A stretch of 63,365 bases of DNA, the filler included, from Lenisia limosa (taxonomy: Eukaryota; Protista; Breviatea), in NCBI GenBank assembly GCA_001655205.1. It is 12 parts of 12 records of this genome, joined end to end, with 100 filler letters (N's around TTAATTAATTAA, not from the genome) between each part and the next. Parts side by side here need not be neighbours in the genome. Positions count along the whole stretch, not along the records: positions 55,881 to 63,365 come from LPNZ01006306.1; 11 more parts are not named here. One strand, given 5' to 3'. This document shows, in pieces, positions 61,400 through 63,365 of the stretch. Position 1 is the stretch's first letter, and each line of letters begins with the position of its first letter. A program made the position numbers and the translations under genes. A model generated the notes under the pieces. The model searched no databases, was not told where the DNA came from, and saw only the letters and a program-made list of their open reading frames with translations.

Positions 61400-63305
61400 A
61401 TGTATGTATTGATTTGTATAACGAGTTGCAAGTGGGGAAGAAGCTGTCTCGGAAAGCAGGATGTCGACCCAGAAACTGGCTGGGATAAACCACAACTAGA
61501 GCCAAAACCGAGCGTAACCTGCCTGATTTTCATTAACTACTATAAAAGCAGTTGTTTTGGAAGCAAGAGAGCAAATGTTGTGATTATCAGAGGATATCCG
61601 TGATAATTTTCTGGATTGGCACCTTGCCTTGAAGCGATTTTTAACGCAAATTGCAAATGGGTTGATTAATTTGGCATCATGTATCCTATAATCGTGATGG
61701 TGGACGGCTTCAGCCAAGTCGGGCTTCGGCTTTATTATTTCTTACATCCTTCCAGGGTGAGGAAGTGCAAATCAAACTAGTCGTAAGGGTACGTACGGGT
61801 AAAGCCTAGGAGGTATATATTCTGCGAAACTGTCCGCTTGCCCTAACACAAACGGATAACATATTGAAAAAACCAAAAAAACGAAAATTGAAGGGGGGAA
61901 AATAAAATAAAAAAAATTACATATTTTTATTGGGCACAAAAAATAACTACGATCTTGAAGATATTTAATTTACACTCTTTCGATCGGCTGCGTAGTGTAA
62001 TGGTCATCACCCTGGGTTCTGATTCCAGTAACGCGAGTTCGATTCTCGCCGTGGCCTTCTTTTTTGTATTTCGTTAATAAAAATTGGTTCGATTCTCGGA
62101 TTGCCTTTTTTTCTTCTTGTGTTTCTTTTTGTATTTTTGTTTTTGTCGTCTTGTTATTCTTTTTTTTTCATGAAATTGAAAATATAAAGTAATTAATTGA
62201 GTACGCATCAAAGGTGAGATTGGCTTGAGATTGGCCTGATCTTCTCATTTTTCCATCATAGCACCGCGTCGCCTGTTTCAACCATCCACTTAGTAGTGTA
62301 ATATAAGTTCATACAATGAATGGGTCACCCCCACAGATAGGATTTTTGGGAGTTTAGGAAGATTTGAAAAATGTTTGAATTCTCTTGAAAGTATTTACTC
62401 GAATTTTTAAGCCTGTCGGAAGACAAAAACCCAGCCGAACCCAAAGTATTGCAAAATTTGAAGAAACCCCTTCTGTTGGGGTGGCCCATTCCAAAAACCT
62501 CTCGCATGTAATTATACCCCACATCAAGCTGAAAATAATAACTTAATTTACAATGAAAGTACAAAACATCTTAAAAAACAACATATTCGCATACTAATCC
62601 AAAAGAAACAACAAATAAATATTGGGGAGAATGTGATTATCCGCGAGGCCAAATTGTGTCGACAGCGAATCTCTATAAGAGTTATACTAGTAACTATGAT
62701 AATAATGTTTACAGTGACCAGGATAACACTTGACCGATTTTCCTTGGGAAATCACATAGCAGGTAATTTATCCCGGTCCCTGTATAAATACATTGAGATA
62801 CCATAAGCAATATTGAGAATCATACCATTTGGGCTTCCCTACGGTCCCAAAAAAGACTAAATTTCCCGATAACTCCTCGATAAATTTCGATATTTTCACG
62901 GTCTTTTTCGTACAGGGGGCCCTACTTACCATATTTGGAAACTTAGGTCCCGAAGAAAACACGATTTGCTTGGAGGGGCTACGAGGTGAGGTAAACGAAG
63001 GAAAATTCAATGAAGAATATTGCCGTAAAGGCACGAACTGAATAAATTGAAACTACAAAACAACAAGAAACACCAAACATGAGGGCTTATTCGACAAAAA
63101 ACTAGAGACGTGTAAATTACATGAAGCTCAATAATAAAATTAGTACCTCAAAATACAAAATTATCAGAAATAGAACAGAATTGTAGTCTTATGAAATGCA
63201 GTAGTATACTAGTACATATGATATATAACACACAAGTACCTCAAAATATGATGCAGCCACCATTGTGCCCGAGCCGACTGTTGACAGAAACAGGTCGTCG
63301 AGAGT
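61400..63305 (-). CDS. Hypothetical multi-exon gene, 5'-partial
   Basis: Short AG/GT-bounded exons TLDDLFLSTVGSGTMVAASYFE|QIVFSSGPKFPNM|...|FDLHFLTLEG. Confidence 0.35.
61986..62057 (+). tRNA. tRNA-Gln (anticodon CTG)
   Basis: 72-nt cloverleaf: acceptor stem GGCTGCG/CGTGGCC, anticodon stem CTGGG/TCCAG with loop TTCTGAT, T-loop GTTCGATTC, followed by an oligo-T Pol III terminator. Confidence 0.95.
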
Positions 63306-63365
63306 CTGGGGGGATATAAGATATAAGATATAACCTGGGGGGTGGGGGAGTAGGGAGAGGTGAGT

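Larger units (their letters stand above)
3335..61716. repeat. Dispersed ~115-bp repeat family D at ~3335-3417(-), 8620-8700, 15891-16030, 34105-34133, 42516-42643, 44300-44392, 45668-45772(-), 54308-54358(-), 57891-57955, 58645-58660, 59856-59900, 61691-61716 (span gives first to last copy)
   Basis: Consensus GGGAGGCACGCAGAAAGCTGTGTACACAGAGTTGTAAGGCAAATGATTGGGTGAATTAATA...GCGTGATGGTGTGGACGGCTTCGGCCAGATAC; no TIRs. Confidence 0.8.
11893..62784. mobile_element. MITE family C (Tc1-type CAGTG termini) at ~11893-11962, 23314-23376, 25864-25907, 40165-40243, 49095-49154, 62710-62784 (span gives first to last copy)
   Basis: Consensus TA-CAGTGACCGGGATAAGTCTTGACCGAT...ATCGGTCAAGACTTATCCCGGTCACTG-TA. 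Confidence 0.8.
1072..62924. mobile_element. MITE family B copies at ~1072-1149, 15274-15369, 15541-15628, 60202-60298, 62831-62924 (span gives first to last copy)
   Basis: TIRs GGGCTTCCCTACGGTCC / GGACCGTAGGGAAGCCC, with the same internal core as family A. Confidence 0.85.
3800..63050. repeat. Dispersed intronic repeat family F (~85-100 bp, ends in a C-run) at ~3800-3857, 6330-6415, 12030-12065, 13370-13440, 40910-40954, 42265-42330, 42800-42883, 46015-46100, 47070-47130, 49530-49615, 53345-53390, 55034-55118, 57615-57675, 58730-58772, 60430-60474 (span gives first to last copy)
   Basis: Consensus ...AACCCTCGTGTGTTGTCAGCCAACAGAGTTGATTTGGGCTTTTTTGTTTCATAAATTTTCCAATTTTACCCCCC. A related tail variant CCTTTACGCCAATATTCTTCATCGAAATTTCCTTCGTTTTACC occurs at ~5810, 13441, 23790 and 62990. 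Confidence 0.75.

Overview
This window is an intron-rich eukaryotic draft scaffold, not prokaryotic DNA. It contains many N gaps, and 11 of them are artificial 100-bp spacers (44 N + TTAATTAATTAA + 44 N), so adjacency across those points is unproven. Most of the supplied ORFs are exon fragments or noise, so I assembled genes by hand using GT-AG splicing. Recognisable genes are RPB6, Ufd2/UBE4 U-box E4 ligase, a Zn2Cys6 transcription factor, a BSD-domain protein, Xaa-Pro dipeptidase, a transmembrane adenylate/guanylate-cyclase-like gene, a multi-ASH (HYDIN-like) gene, a giant secreted Cys-rich repeat protein, a sushi/fibrinogen-like gene, a TSP3-like repeat gene and tRNA-Gln(CTG). The non-coding fraction is dense in small mobile repeats: 18 copies of a TA-flanked palindromic MITE in two subfamilies, a CAGTG-ended Tc1-type MITE, a ~115-bp SINE-like repeat ending in a UUCG hairpin, and an ~85-bp repeat that sits at intron 3' ends and makes up almost one entire intron (Introner-like candidate). 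There is also an intron-containing Tc1 transposase and a decayed Penelope-like RT. Many introns show G-runs after the donor and C-runs before the acceptor. The organism cannot be identified from the sequence alone; the ASH-domain gene suggests a flagellated lineage. All repeat counts and exon boundaries come from manual reading and are approximate.
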